DNA from: Octopus bimaculoides
Taxonomy: Eukaryota
DNA length: 64,000 bases
Reading direction: 5' to 3'
NCBI RefSeq assembly: GCF_001194135.2
Contig: NC_068985.1
Location: 40,693,311-40,757,310, forward strand
Part shown: piece after piece, positions 39,040 to 50,627 of the stretch
Numbering within the stretch: position 1 is the first letter of the stretch
How the letters are laid out: each line of letters starts with the position of its first letter
Program-made: the position numbers and the translations under genes
Notes under the pieces: generated by a model
The model's database searches: none
Seen by the model: the letters and a program-made list of their open reading frames with translations, nothing else
What the model was told of the DNA's origin: nothing

Positions 39040-40575
39040 TGATTGTGCAAACATGCATCACTCATATAATTATTCAAGTTATACTGGAACGTGTCATATC
39101 CAAGGACTTGCAGTGTAGTATCTGCATGAACTGCTACAAAGGCAAAGGAGATGCCTTAGGAGAGGAATTTATAGAAGAGTTAAACTACTGGATCAAGTTA
39201 TGAAGGTCATGGAGAGAGTTACAAGACAAATACCTTAATAGACTTATATGAGATGCTGCTTGACCTCTTGCCTACTGTGTGGGCTGTATAAGCAATGTCC
39301 AAAGATGCAGTGAGTGAGTGCTAACAATGATTTCAGTGACAAATTTATCATGAGGGTAGGAGTCCATCAAGGCTTAACCATCAGTCCCTTCTTATTCATC
39401 ATGGTCCTACAATCCATCACAGAGAAATTTAAAACTGGCTGTCCATGGGAACTCTTGTATGCTGATAATCTAGTTGTCATAACTGAATCTATAGTGGAAT
39501 CATGATCATCATCCTTTAATGTCTGTTTTCCATGCTAGCATGGGTTGGATGGTTTGAGAGGAAATTCCAAGCATGGAATCTAAACCTAGAATCAAGAGGC
39601 CTGAAGGTAAAATTAACAAAGACTGAGGTTTTAGTAAGTAGGAAAGAAGACAGGACCCTATCTCCAGGGAAATGGCTTTGCTAAATATGCAGAAAAGAAG
39701 CTCCATTGAAACTGGTACTCTGTCGGTTATGATGACAAGGGTTACAGTTGATCTGATCAATTGAACAGCCTGCTCCTGAAATTAATATGCAAATGGCTGA
39801 GCACTCAGCAGACATGCATATCTTTAATGTAGTTCTGAGGGAAATTCAGTGTGACACAGAATGTGACAAAGCTGATGCTTTTGAATTACAAGTACAACTC
39901 ATTTTTGCCAGCAGAGTGAACTAGAGTAACAAGACAAAGTGCTGCCAGAGTGAAACTCTTGACCTTACAATCATGAGCTGAATACTTGAAACCACTAAGT
40001 TGCATGCCTTCACAGGAGTATCATACACTGCACCCAATGTAAGCTATGGACACACATGTGGTAGAGTGGAATCACAGGCAGACTCAAAAGAAAGCAAGCT
40101 TCATCTGTGACAGATGCACTGGAGCAGTATGTTTCCAACAGCACATTGGAAAAAAATTTTCTTAAATGCTTGGATGACTCTCTACATGTAGTTGACAGCT
40201 TTTGTTAATTAGAAGAGATAATTAGCAAGGGAAGTTATAGAAAATAGATTAAGAATGGCTTTGAAAAGTTCAGGGAGCTACTGCTGCTAGTATTAACAAA
40301 GTTCTTTGTCCTCAGAGTAGATGGCAGATTGTATGACCTCTGTGTTATAACTGAAGCTGCATAGTGGTGAGACATGAGCCTTGAAAGACTGGAAAGAACT
40401 GATGCTAGCACATTCCAATGGCTATGCAATGTAAATTTGCATGAATGACAAAGTACAAAAGGGAAATTAAATGTAGCGTGCCAGACAGAAGATTGCACTA
40501 GTATGACCAAATGATGCATATGGATAATGGCTGCTGTATAAAAAAAGTGGCAATCACTTAATGTGGATGAAACTA
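39040..40575 (+). mobile_element. Degenerate RTE LINE fragment interrupted by a SINE and an RTE tail
   Basis: CYKGKGDAL, GVHQGLTISPFLFIMVLQ, CPWELLYADNL, a decayed PHD and the C-terminal region. Inserts lie at about 39500-39560 (minus tail) and about 39770-40015 (SINE). Confidence 0.85.
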
Positions 40576-41480
40576 TGTACGAGAGATTTGTTGTTCATTC
40601 ATAAGACTGTTCTCTCTCTACACATTTTACACTGTTCACCCTTCTGAGCTACCAAATTATTCCACCTCTCCTTCTCTATTTACTATGCCTGCCCCATACT
40701 CTTACAATCAAGCAAACCACTTATCATATCTCTCTCTTTGCCTCATCTTCTCTCTTCCTTCCCCTGTCTGCTGTATTATTATTACTATTCTGCTACTCTT
40801 TACCTATCTCCTTCAACACTCAGTCATGTCTGCTTCCCTATCTCCCTCAACTTACCTGTATCACTGATCACCTCTCAACCTTACATAATTTTTAGTTATC
40901 ACCTACTCTTCCTCTTTTATTCTCTCAACACTTGTTCTTTATATTCACCCTCTCACACATTCTCTATTTGTAACCATCTCTCTCCTCCATACACTTTTAC
41001 ATCTACTCACCCACACTTCTTGTTCTCCTATCCCCAATTTATCCACTTTGCACCTTAAGGGCCCACCCTGACACCTCAATATCACTATTTTTTAAATTTC
41101 CTTTCAGCTCCACTACAACTACTCCCAGTCACCCTTGTAAAATTTGAGTAGTCATGCAGCTCCTCTACAGCAAGAAACCTGTTCTGGAACCTCTCACATT
41201 TTAGTTACTCATCTCATTGTATAAAGCTGCCCATCACCCTCTCTAATGTAGACCTACTCAATCAAAGAGGATCGTAGTTATACAGGCTGCGTAGCAACTT
41301 CATTGGTGCCACGAAGGAAAAACAAACTGTACATGCTGTAAAGTGGTTGACATTAGGAAAGGCATCCAGTTGTAGAAACTATGTCAAAGCAGACACTGAA
41401 GCATGATGCAGTCTTTGCATCAGATGGTTCCTGTCAAACCATTCAATCCATGCCAGCATGGAAGATGGAAGTTAAATGTT

Positions 41481-41522
<42 letters not shown>

Positions 41523-43312
41523 ATCATAAGAGTTACATGTACGTTTGAAATAAAATTTCCAACGTAGATATATATATTTTTTGTTATTGATACAAAGACA
41601 AAATATACCCTGGTTGAAATGTGATATAAACAATATTTGCACGTATAGATTATGTTGCTCCTCCTCCATAATGAGTTAAAATCTTCAACAATATTAATAA
41701 CTGCTTCAAAATGTTGGCATAAGGCAAACAATTTAGTGGGGGTGCAGGTGTCCATTAAATTGACCTCAGTACTTAATTTTATCGATGTGATTTAAACTTA
41801 GAACGTAAATACCAGAATAAATATTGGAAGTTAATTTTCCAACAATAACGAACGTGCCAATTCACCTCCCCCAACTTTGTAAATAATAAATGTACTTTTA
41901 ACATAAGCACAAGGCCATGAATTTGGGAATGTGTTTAGTCAAACCAACCCCAGTATTTGACTGGTACTGTATTTCATCTATCTAGAAAGACGAAAGTTAG
42001 TAAGATTTGAACTCAGGATGTCAAAAGTCAGAAGAAACACAGCAAGGCATTTTATACCTAATATTTCAACGATTCTGGTAGCTGATCGCCCAAGTAACAA
42101 TTGTTTCTAACGTAGACGCAAGGCCTGAAATGGATTTGTGGGGGGTAGGGTGTTGATTATATCGACCCAGGAAGGATAAAAAAGCTAAGTTGCCTTTAGT
42201 GGGATTTGAACTTACAGCGTAAAGGGATGTAATTAAACACTGCAAGACATTTGTTCGGCGTTGTATTCTGATACTCCACTCCACTGAATAATAATTATTA
42301 TTCTCATACAGGCACAAGGCAATCGAAGTAATATAACTTTAAAAAAAAACAGTTTTGAACTGTTGTTTCGGCCTATCATCGTCCTCTTTATTGGTAAAGG
42401 TGTACACACACATTATATATGTATATATATACACACACACACATATATATATATGATAAATAGACAGATACATAAAGATGAAGCTTCTCGAAACGTACCG
42501 ACACAATGAGAAACGTCAAAATCAGTGCTCACACTACTTCAGGTACTGTTATTTTTTCCGTTTGTAACGACTATCATGTATGTATGAGAATTTATTATTC
42601 GTATTATTCTGGAATAATTTTAGATAATAGTAGTTACAAACATAGTAGCTGACAAGGCTTCCATTATTTTTAAAATATATATATTTGGCCATGCGATCAA
42701 CAATTCTTAAAATGTCAGTTTTGCAGAGGAGAAACATGGCATGCTTATAAAAACAATAATAATAATGATATCACATAATCTTGTGTGTATTTGGTATAGC
42801 GAAGACACAATTTTGCATTACACCAAACGTTTCTTTGAATATACGCACAGACACGCATAATTATATATATANNNNNNNNNNNNNNNNNNNNNNNNNNNNN
42901 NNNNNNNNNNNNNNNNNNNNNNNNNNNNNNNNNNNNNNNNNNNNNNNNNNNNNNNNNNNNNNNNNNNNNNNNNNNNNNNNNNNNNNNNNNNNNNNNNNNN
43001 NNNNNNNNNNNNNNNNNNNNNNNNNNNNNNNNNNNNNNNNNNNNNNNNNNNNNNNNNNNNNNNNNNNNNNNNNNNNNNNNNNNNNNNNNNNNNNNNNNNN
43101 NNNNNNNNNTATATATACACTTTACGGCATGGACGGTGATATACAACTGTATTTTAATACATGTCACACACTAAGCTATGTTGTGTTATTTTACGAAAAA
43201 TTGTGGTACTTACCTCAAAATAAACTGCTAGAGATATATAGAGAAACAAAAGGCTGCTAAGAAATATCTTTGTAAGTCACTCCACATTGCACAAACACAC
43301 ACACACAAGACA

Positions 43313-43358
<46 letters not shown>

Positions 43359-43650
43359 CACTCCACTATAGTGAGAGTGAGTGTGTTTAACTGTCATCGA
43401 GTAGATGTATGAGGAAAGGTATTTTAGCCGTGACTATCCCGTCTTTCTACGTGCAGGGAACTTAGAATGAAACATTATCCAACGTGTCCTCGAAGATACT
43501 GGATGTGATTTGAGGGAAATTTTGCTGCTATATCTAGCAGGTTGGACAACTACACAGAAGCACCTTTCTTCGTTGGCTCGATATGAATGATGTGTTTGAG
43601 CCAGAAGTAATTTTACAAACGTTTGCGTGCGCGTGTCATATATACATATA

Positions 43651-43692
<42 letters not shown>

Positions 43693-43768
43693 ATACATAT
43701 ATATAATGAAAGACACTCTTGTGTATATCATATACATTTTTGTATATTACGTGTGTAGATATATTTAC

Positions 43769-44100
43769 CTGTCACCCGTGTCTAGCAGTCTTAAGTACAG
43801 CTCTGTCTCTTTTCTCTTCTGTTTTAACTCAGTGTTTTGACTTCGTCTCTTCTTCCTCCTGATTACGAGTAGCCCAGCTTCAATCTTTTCATAGCGATAT
43901 TAGTTTTACCTTAGCTTCTTTCTAAGGAAGTCTTTTCGATTAATATTTTTAATTTTTTGTTGTTGTTTGGGGTTATAAAAATCCTGCCCACATCAATAAA
44001 ATGTATCTTTTCTATTACATAAATTTATAATATATTTATATATATAAATATATTTTAAAGAAATGTGAGAATCACGTCACCCGCCTTTCAATCATTAACT
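43769..44100 (-). promoter_or_regulatory. Candidate non-coding first exon / promoter of the HERC4-like gene
   Basis: Minus-strand donor GACAG|GTAAAT at 43769/43768 in a CpG-richer, repeat-poor stretch. A second perfect donor GAG|GTAAGT lies at 43214/43213. There is no transcript evidence and the upstream boundary is a guess. Confidence 0.4.
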
Positions 44101-45214
44101 CTTAGGTTTCGCTTTCTGACAGATCTTTAAAGCGTCTCGACATGATTATCTCACGAGTTACTTCCACTTGATTGCTGTATGGTGGTGGCGCTTTTTCTCA
44201 AGGAATTTTTAGGTTTAGTGTTTCGTTTCAGTTCCTGATTTTGATTTTACGCTTTGTATTGTTTAGTTTTTGTTTTCTTTTACTTCTAACTTTCAATTCT
44301 TCGCCGCTATGTGGCGCTCGCGCTTTAAGAAGCTCCTAAAATGCGACGAAACGCAGAGAAAGTTTATTTAAAAATAATAATAGTGAAAATAAAATATTAC
44401 GAAATGTAACGAAAGTTTGTAGAAAACAAAAGTGAAATCGTCTGAATCGAAAATGAAAGAATAAGACCTCTTTCAAAATATTAATATTAGTTTAATATCC
44501 GAACGTCGTGAAATTTCTTATTCCTATATATGTACACCGCACTCGTTTCAAACCACGAGCCAGTGGTTTAAAGCGTCATTACTCTTTGTATTAGCATAAA
44601 GATTCGCTATTCGAATCCAGTTTTAGAACTATGTACATATTGAGAAAAAATACCTGATGACGACCAGACAGCAAACCGATTGACATATATAGTATAATTA
44701 TTTTTTAAAAGATGAAGATTAATAATCTAATCGTATTAACAATAATTCATAGACATTAAGAAAGAATAGAACAAATGAATTATGATTGTATTACTTTCTG
44801 TTTCTTAACCAAAGAATAATTAATTCTACCTCCACACACCAGGGACAGAGTATAGTGTGTTTCTAAAACAAAACATCAAAATATGAGAATTAAAAACAAA
44901 ACAAAAGGATAAAATAAGCCAGAGAATATTGTCTTTTCGTCATCACCTATTTATTTTTTGATAATTTTTTAAAATATACTTTTTGCAGTAAATGTTAAAT
45001 CTAACTTTCGATTTTCATAGGAGTAGCGTCCATGAATAATGATTTATTTTTGTTAATATGCTAATTTACTACTAGTGATTTCCTTACAATTCTTTTCACA
45101 AATATAATGATGTATATTTTTTCCATCGTGGAGGTCTAATAAAGTCGAAATATGTCCAAAGTTGTTTCTCAATTTGCCAAAATAATGAAAATAATATTAA
45201 TTTGTTTGGCTGAT

Positions 45215-46030
45215 ATTTGCAGACAACATGTTGCTACTTGGTTTATCAGAAGGTGATCTCTAGCATGCACTGAACAGGTTCATTGCTGAGCGCTGCAAGG
45301 CAAGGGTGAAAATTAGTGTTGCAAAGACAGACATTTGTCCTCTTAAGAAAGTCTTCCCAATACACTCTACATGTTAGTGGAACATCATGTGGAGAAGTTT
45401 AAACATCTTAGGGCCATATTAACGAGTGATGAGAAGCAGGAAGCTGAATTTAATGCTAAAGTTGCAGGTGTTGGTACAGTAATGTGCCATTATCCAGCAT
45501 TCAATCTTTAGAAGAGGAGAAGTTGGAAAAAAAGCCAAATTTGTTATTTTCAATTTTGTTTTTTGTACCTATTCTCACCTATAGTCAAAACTGTTGGATA
45601 ATGACCAAAAGAGTACAATTTCAAATACAATAGGTAATGTCCAAAAAAGAACAATGATGTTACTCCAAAGGATCTCTGGAGTAATGTTACTCAATAGGGT
45701 GCATAGCTCAGAGATCAGGGAGTCTATAGAACGAGTCACTACCTTTCCACATTCAGAGGTCACAGATCCAGTAATATGAACATGTGGTTAGAATTTGGAA
45801 GAAAATAATTGCAAGACAGATTCTTTAAGCTGAGGCAACTGGCAGGAAACCTAAGGACAGACTAAGAATGAGATGGTTGGGTAATGTCCATAGTCTCAGT
45901 TTGTCATGCTTAAGAATCCAGCCAAAAAGTCTAATAGCAGTTGCTCCTGATAGGACTATATGGTGGAAATACATGCAGACACTACCCCAGCAACCCTCTT
46001 AAGAATAGTGGACAGAGAAGAAGGATGGAT
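45215..46030 (+). mobile_element. Degenerate Expander/Rex3-like RTE LINE 3' half (no PHD insert)
   Basis: Reads as LQHALNRFIAE...KISVAKT...VEKFKHL.AILTSD...VPILTY...WIMTKRV...MMLLQRISGVMLLNRVHSSEIRESI. It ends ACTACCCCAGCAACCC...GAAGAAGGATGGAT, like recalled Expander/Rex3 tails. Confidence 0.7.
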
Positions 46031-46882
46031 CTCAGTACATTAAATATGTTGACACAAACAGTGGTATGATCATACCTTCTACCAATGTTCCAATCTCTTG
46101 GCAAAAAAAAATGAAAAAGGGAGAGAGAGAAGTTACTCACCTATCAGAGGAGATCTGATGTGGAGAGATTTAACACAGGGGAACACTTAAAAGCATGTTA
46201 AGATGTTATACAGATTAAGTCTACAACCCAGAGACAGAAAATCACTATATTTCACCAAAAAAGAGAGGGAATAAGTATGTGTGTATGCATGTATGTATAT
46301 ATATTTGTATAAATATTTTATACCATATTAACATCTAATTTCCTCCATTTATAAAAAATATGATTGAATTTGTTGAATTTCATTCTATAACTTAAATCAG
46401 ATACTTAATATACGTATATTTGTATAAAAATATATATATGTACATGTGAATGCGCTTAGCTTAAGTGGTTAGCATATTCAGCTCACAGTTGTAAGCAGAT
46501 TACTGGCAGTGTGTTGTATCCTTGAGCAAGACATTTATTTCATGTTGCTCCAGTCCATTCAGCTGGCAAAAATGAGTTGTACTAGTAATTCAAAGGTCCA
46601 GCCTTGTCACATTCTGTGTTGTGCTGAATCTCCTTGAGAACTACATTAAGAGTAAGCATGTTTGTGGTGTTCTCAGCCACTTGCTTGTTGATTTTTACGA
46701 ACAGGCTGTTCCATTGATTGGATCAACTGGAACCCTTGTTGTAACCAATGGAGTTCCAGGTGCATGCAATAAATATATGTATGTATATTTATATACACAC
46801 ACACATATATATATCACGGTTTCAACCAGACTATCTGATGTTATTATACACCATTGGTCTCAATGTGTTTTGTACTGTTCAA

Positions 46883-46915
<33 letters not shown>

Positions 46916-47250
46916 GGACTCTCCCATAGTTAGATGATGTATGAGGGTTCAACAATTTCTAATAAAACAACCACATAGATGATTTGTTTATAGTGATCAA
47001 ATGTTTGTGTAGACATAATCTTACTCTCTCCATCATATTGACATTACCTGTACAGGTGCAACTGGGTGCCACATGATCGCAGAGCAACATGAAACAAAGT
47101 GCTTTGCTTAAGAACTCAACACAATGCTCGGTTTGGGAATTGAACCCATGATCTTGCAACCGTGAGTGTAACACCCTAACCACTAAGCCATGCACCTTCA
47201 CACACACACACACACATATATGTGTGTGTGTGTGTATATACATACACATA

Positions 47251-47485
47251 CAGGGTGGCCCAAAAGTAGGTTTACAGTTATTCAACTGTCCCTTTCACAT
47301 TCATATATTAACAGTTTAGATCTTAATTATACAAAAATATGAAACCATTATTCTATGCTAATTTAGTTAATTTTGTCAAGCTCCCTTTTCAGTTTGTAAG
47401 ATTGAAATTTAAATGTAATAAAATGTTTTAAAAGAAATTTAAAGTGCCTACGTGATAACTGTAGACCTACTTTTGGACCACTCTG
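47251..47485. mobile_element. Tc1/mariner-type MITE
   Basis: Imperfect TIR of about 30 bp, CAGGGTGGCCCAAAAGTAGGTTTACAGTT / AACTGTAGACCTACTTTTGGACCACTCTG, with TA on both sides. Confidence 0.85.
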
Positions 47486-47879
47486 TATATACAGATAGAT
47501 ATAGATAGGGGGTCACATAAAAAGCACCCAGTACACTCTGTAAAGTGGTTGGTGTTAGGAAGGGCATCCAGCTGTATAAACCAACCCAAAATAGACAAGG
47601 GGACCTGGTGCAGCTCCTGTCAAGCTGACCAACCCATGCCAGCATAGAAAACAGACATTAAATGATGATGATGATGGTCATCATGATCATGATCGTGATG
47701 ATATATATTAAACTATCAAAGAAGAAAGTGAGTACTCAAAACCACATTGATGAATGCGTCATTTATTTTAATAGAATAGGTGGTGTTAATGCAGTACCAA
47801 TGGTTTCATGCAAAGTATTTACATTTTTTAACTGCAGCTTCAATAACACTGGCATAGCACTGACAAGGTACAAATTATC

Positions 47880-50577
47880 AGCCACCTAATAACCTATCAA
47901 TCAGGCGACTCTGCCAGCCTGATTGATAGGTTATCAGACAGCGGGATGCATGTTTGCTCTTAAATACAAAGACCCTCCCTGGCGAAGAATGTACCCCCAG
48001 CATAGTCTAATCATTAGTGACTTTAGACTTGAGACCAGAAGGATGCCAAGAAGCAGATCAATCTTGAAAAGAAGGATTTGGAACCTAACGACACTTCACA
48101 TGGTCAGAGATTTAAGGACATCCTCACGGAGCAATTTGATGAGAGGGAGGAGGAGCCACAGACTTGTGACATAGAGGGTAACTGGAAATTCCTATGTGAC
48201 AGCTTACTGAGCACCACAGATCAAATCTGCGGCTGGTGCAAAGTCCCTTCCAGACCTAGGGTAACATGGTGGTGGAACAATACTGTAGATAAGGCCATTA
48301 GAGCAATGAAACAGGCCTGGAAAACCTGGAAGAGTGCGGGTAGCAGGAACTGTACCAGATAGCCAGAAGGGAGGCTGGGAGACAGGTATATATAGCCAAG
48401 AGAGAAGCAAATAAGAAGAAGTCTGCGAATGTTCAGCGAAATGAGGACCAAAGAACTGAAGTATTTCGGATTGCAAGACAGTGTGTGAGAGAAAATTACA
48501 GGAGAGAAGTGTGTCTGCATAGATGATGGTGCACTTGCTTTTAATGATTCTTCAAAGAAATAGGCTTGGAGATGCCATTATGAAAGGCTGCTGAATGTGG
48601 AGAATGAATGGAAGGAGGAGAGCCTGCCAGATGTTGACCCAATCGAGGGACCAGCTACCCGAATCGATAGCGCCCTGGTAGATAAAGCAATTAAGGATTA
48701 AATGTCATGAAAAGCTCCCGGCCCGTCAGGAATCACTGCTGAGATGCTTAAAATATCTGGTGGTGTGTGTTATGGTCTAGTCATAGCAGCACCATAGTCA
48801 GCTGCTACAAAGGTAAAGGTGATGCTTTAGATAGAAATAACTACAGGGGCATCAAACTGATGGATCAGGTGATGAAGGTCATGGAGAGGGTCATAGCCCA
48901 ACTAATTAGGAAGAGAGTCTGCTTAGATGAGATGCAGTTCAGTTTTGTGCCAGGTAGAAGCACCACTGATGCTATATTTCTGGTAAGGCAACTGCAGAAG
49001 AAATACCTAGCCAAAGATAAACCTGTATACTTGGCTTTTGCTGACTTGAAGAAAGTCTTTGACAGGGTCTCCTGATCCCTTATCTGGTGGGCGATGTGGA
49101 AACTAGGGATAGACGAGTGGTTAATAAGAGCTGTACAGGGATGCTGTCAGTAAGGTAAGGGTTGGCAATAAGTATAGTGAAGAATTCTGGGTAGAAGTAG
49201 GGGTTCACCAAGGATCAGTCTCCTCTTATTCATCATAGTCCTCCAGGCAATAACAGAGGAATTCAAGACATGCTGCCCCTGCGAGCTCCTCTATGCTAAT
49301 GACCTTGCTCTCATAGCTGAATCACTACCAGAACTAGAGAAGAAATTTCAGGTGCGGAAGCAAGGTTTAGAATTGAAGGGCCTTAAAGTCAATGTTGCAA
49401 AAACCAAAGTCTTAGTAAGTAGGAAGGCGAACAAACCACAAATCCCTTCAGGTAGATGGCCCTGCTCAATCTGTAGAAAAGGTGTAGGTAGAAACTCCAT
49501 AAGATGTACCCAGTGTAAGCTATGGATGCATAAGAGGTGCAGCAACATCAAAGCAAGGTTAACCGGGATGGTAGCTTTTGTGTGTGGCAGATGCACAGGG
49601 GCAATAAACACTGAAGATGCTCAGAAAACGATTCCATCACATGCCAAGGGGAGAAACTAAAAGTAGTTGATAGCTTCCGCTACCTATGTGTCCAAGTCTG
49701 TAGTGGTGGGTGGATGCTCTGAGAGCGTTACCACTAGAATAAGAATAGCCTAGGTAAAGTTCAGAAAGCTCCTACCTCTGCTGGTGACAAAGGGCCTCTC
49801 ACTCAGCGTGAAAGGTAGATTGTATGATGCATGTGTGCGTACTGCCATGCTACATGGCAGTGAAACATGGGCTGTGACTGTTGAGGACATATGTAGGCTT
49901 GAAAGAAATGAAGCTAGTATGTTGGACATAAGAAGCATCAAATGTGGTGGGCAAGAGAGACGACTGCATTGGTATGGTCATGTGCCGTGTATGGATGAGG
50001 AGAGCTGTGTGAAGAAGTGCCACTCCCTAACAGTGGAAGGAACCTGTGGAAAAGGGAGACCCAAGAAGATATGGGATGAGGTGGTGAAGCACGGCCTTCA
50101 AACATTGGGCCTCAAAGAGGCAATGACAAGAGACCTAGACCTCTGGAGATATGCTGTGATTGAGAAGACCCGGCAAGTAAAGTGAGATCACAGCCATAGC
50201 CTATACCTATGTTGCATAACCAGCCCATTTAAAAAATACCTTTGAATCATTGGGCGACACGCCATGCTTGAGGAGACCTATTGCGGAAGTAAAATCAAAA
50301 ATCAAAATCAAAATGGAAATTGTAGTTGTGGCCGATGCCAGTGCCACCTGACTGGCTCCTGTGTTGGTGGAATGCAATAAGCACCATTCCTGTGTGGTCG
50401 ATGCCAGCCCNNNNNNNNNNTTGGTGTCGTTGGCGTGAGGAAGGGCATCCAGCTGCAGAAACTTTCCCAGATCAGATTGGAGCCTGATGCAGCCTCCTGG
50501 CTTGCCAGTCCCCAGTCAAACTGTCCAATCCATGCCAGCATGGAAAACGGATGTTAAACGATGATGATGATGATAAT

Positions 50578-50580
<3 letters not shown>
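47880..50580 (+). mobile_element. Longest RTE LINE copy (end of APE endonuclease, RT with internal PHD finger, 3' UTR, GAT tail); pseudogenised
   Basis: HLITYQSG...GEECTP-QH.L..SD (endonuclease end), PRVTWWWN, CYKGKGDALDRNNYRGIKL, FLVRQLQKKY...AFADLKKVFDRV, GVHQGS, LLYANDL, PHD finger, FRYL and RTE C-terminus ending VIEKTRQVK*. Several stops and frameshifts. Confidence 0.95.
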
Positions 50581-50615
<35 letters not shown>

Positions 50616-50627
50616 CATACATACTCA

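Noticed and set aside
3270-41475. Antisense orientation bias of RTE copies within the HERC introns
   Set aside because: Roughly 13 plus versus 5-6 minus by eye; too few and too uncertain to claim, and such a bias is already a well-known pattern.
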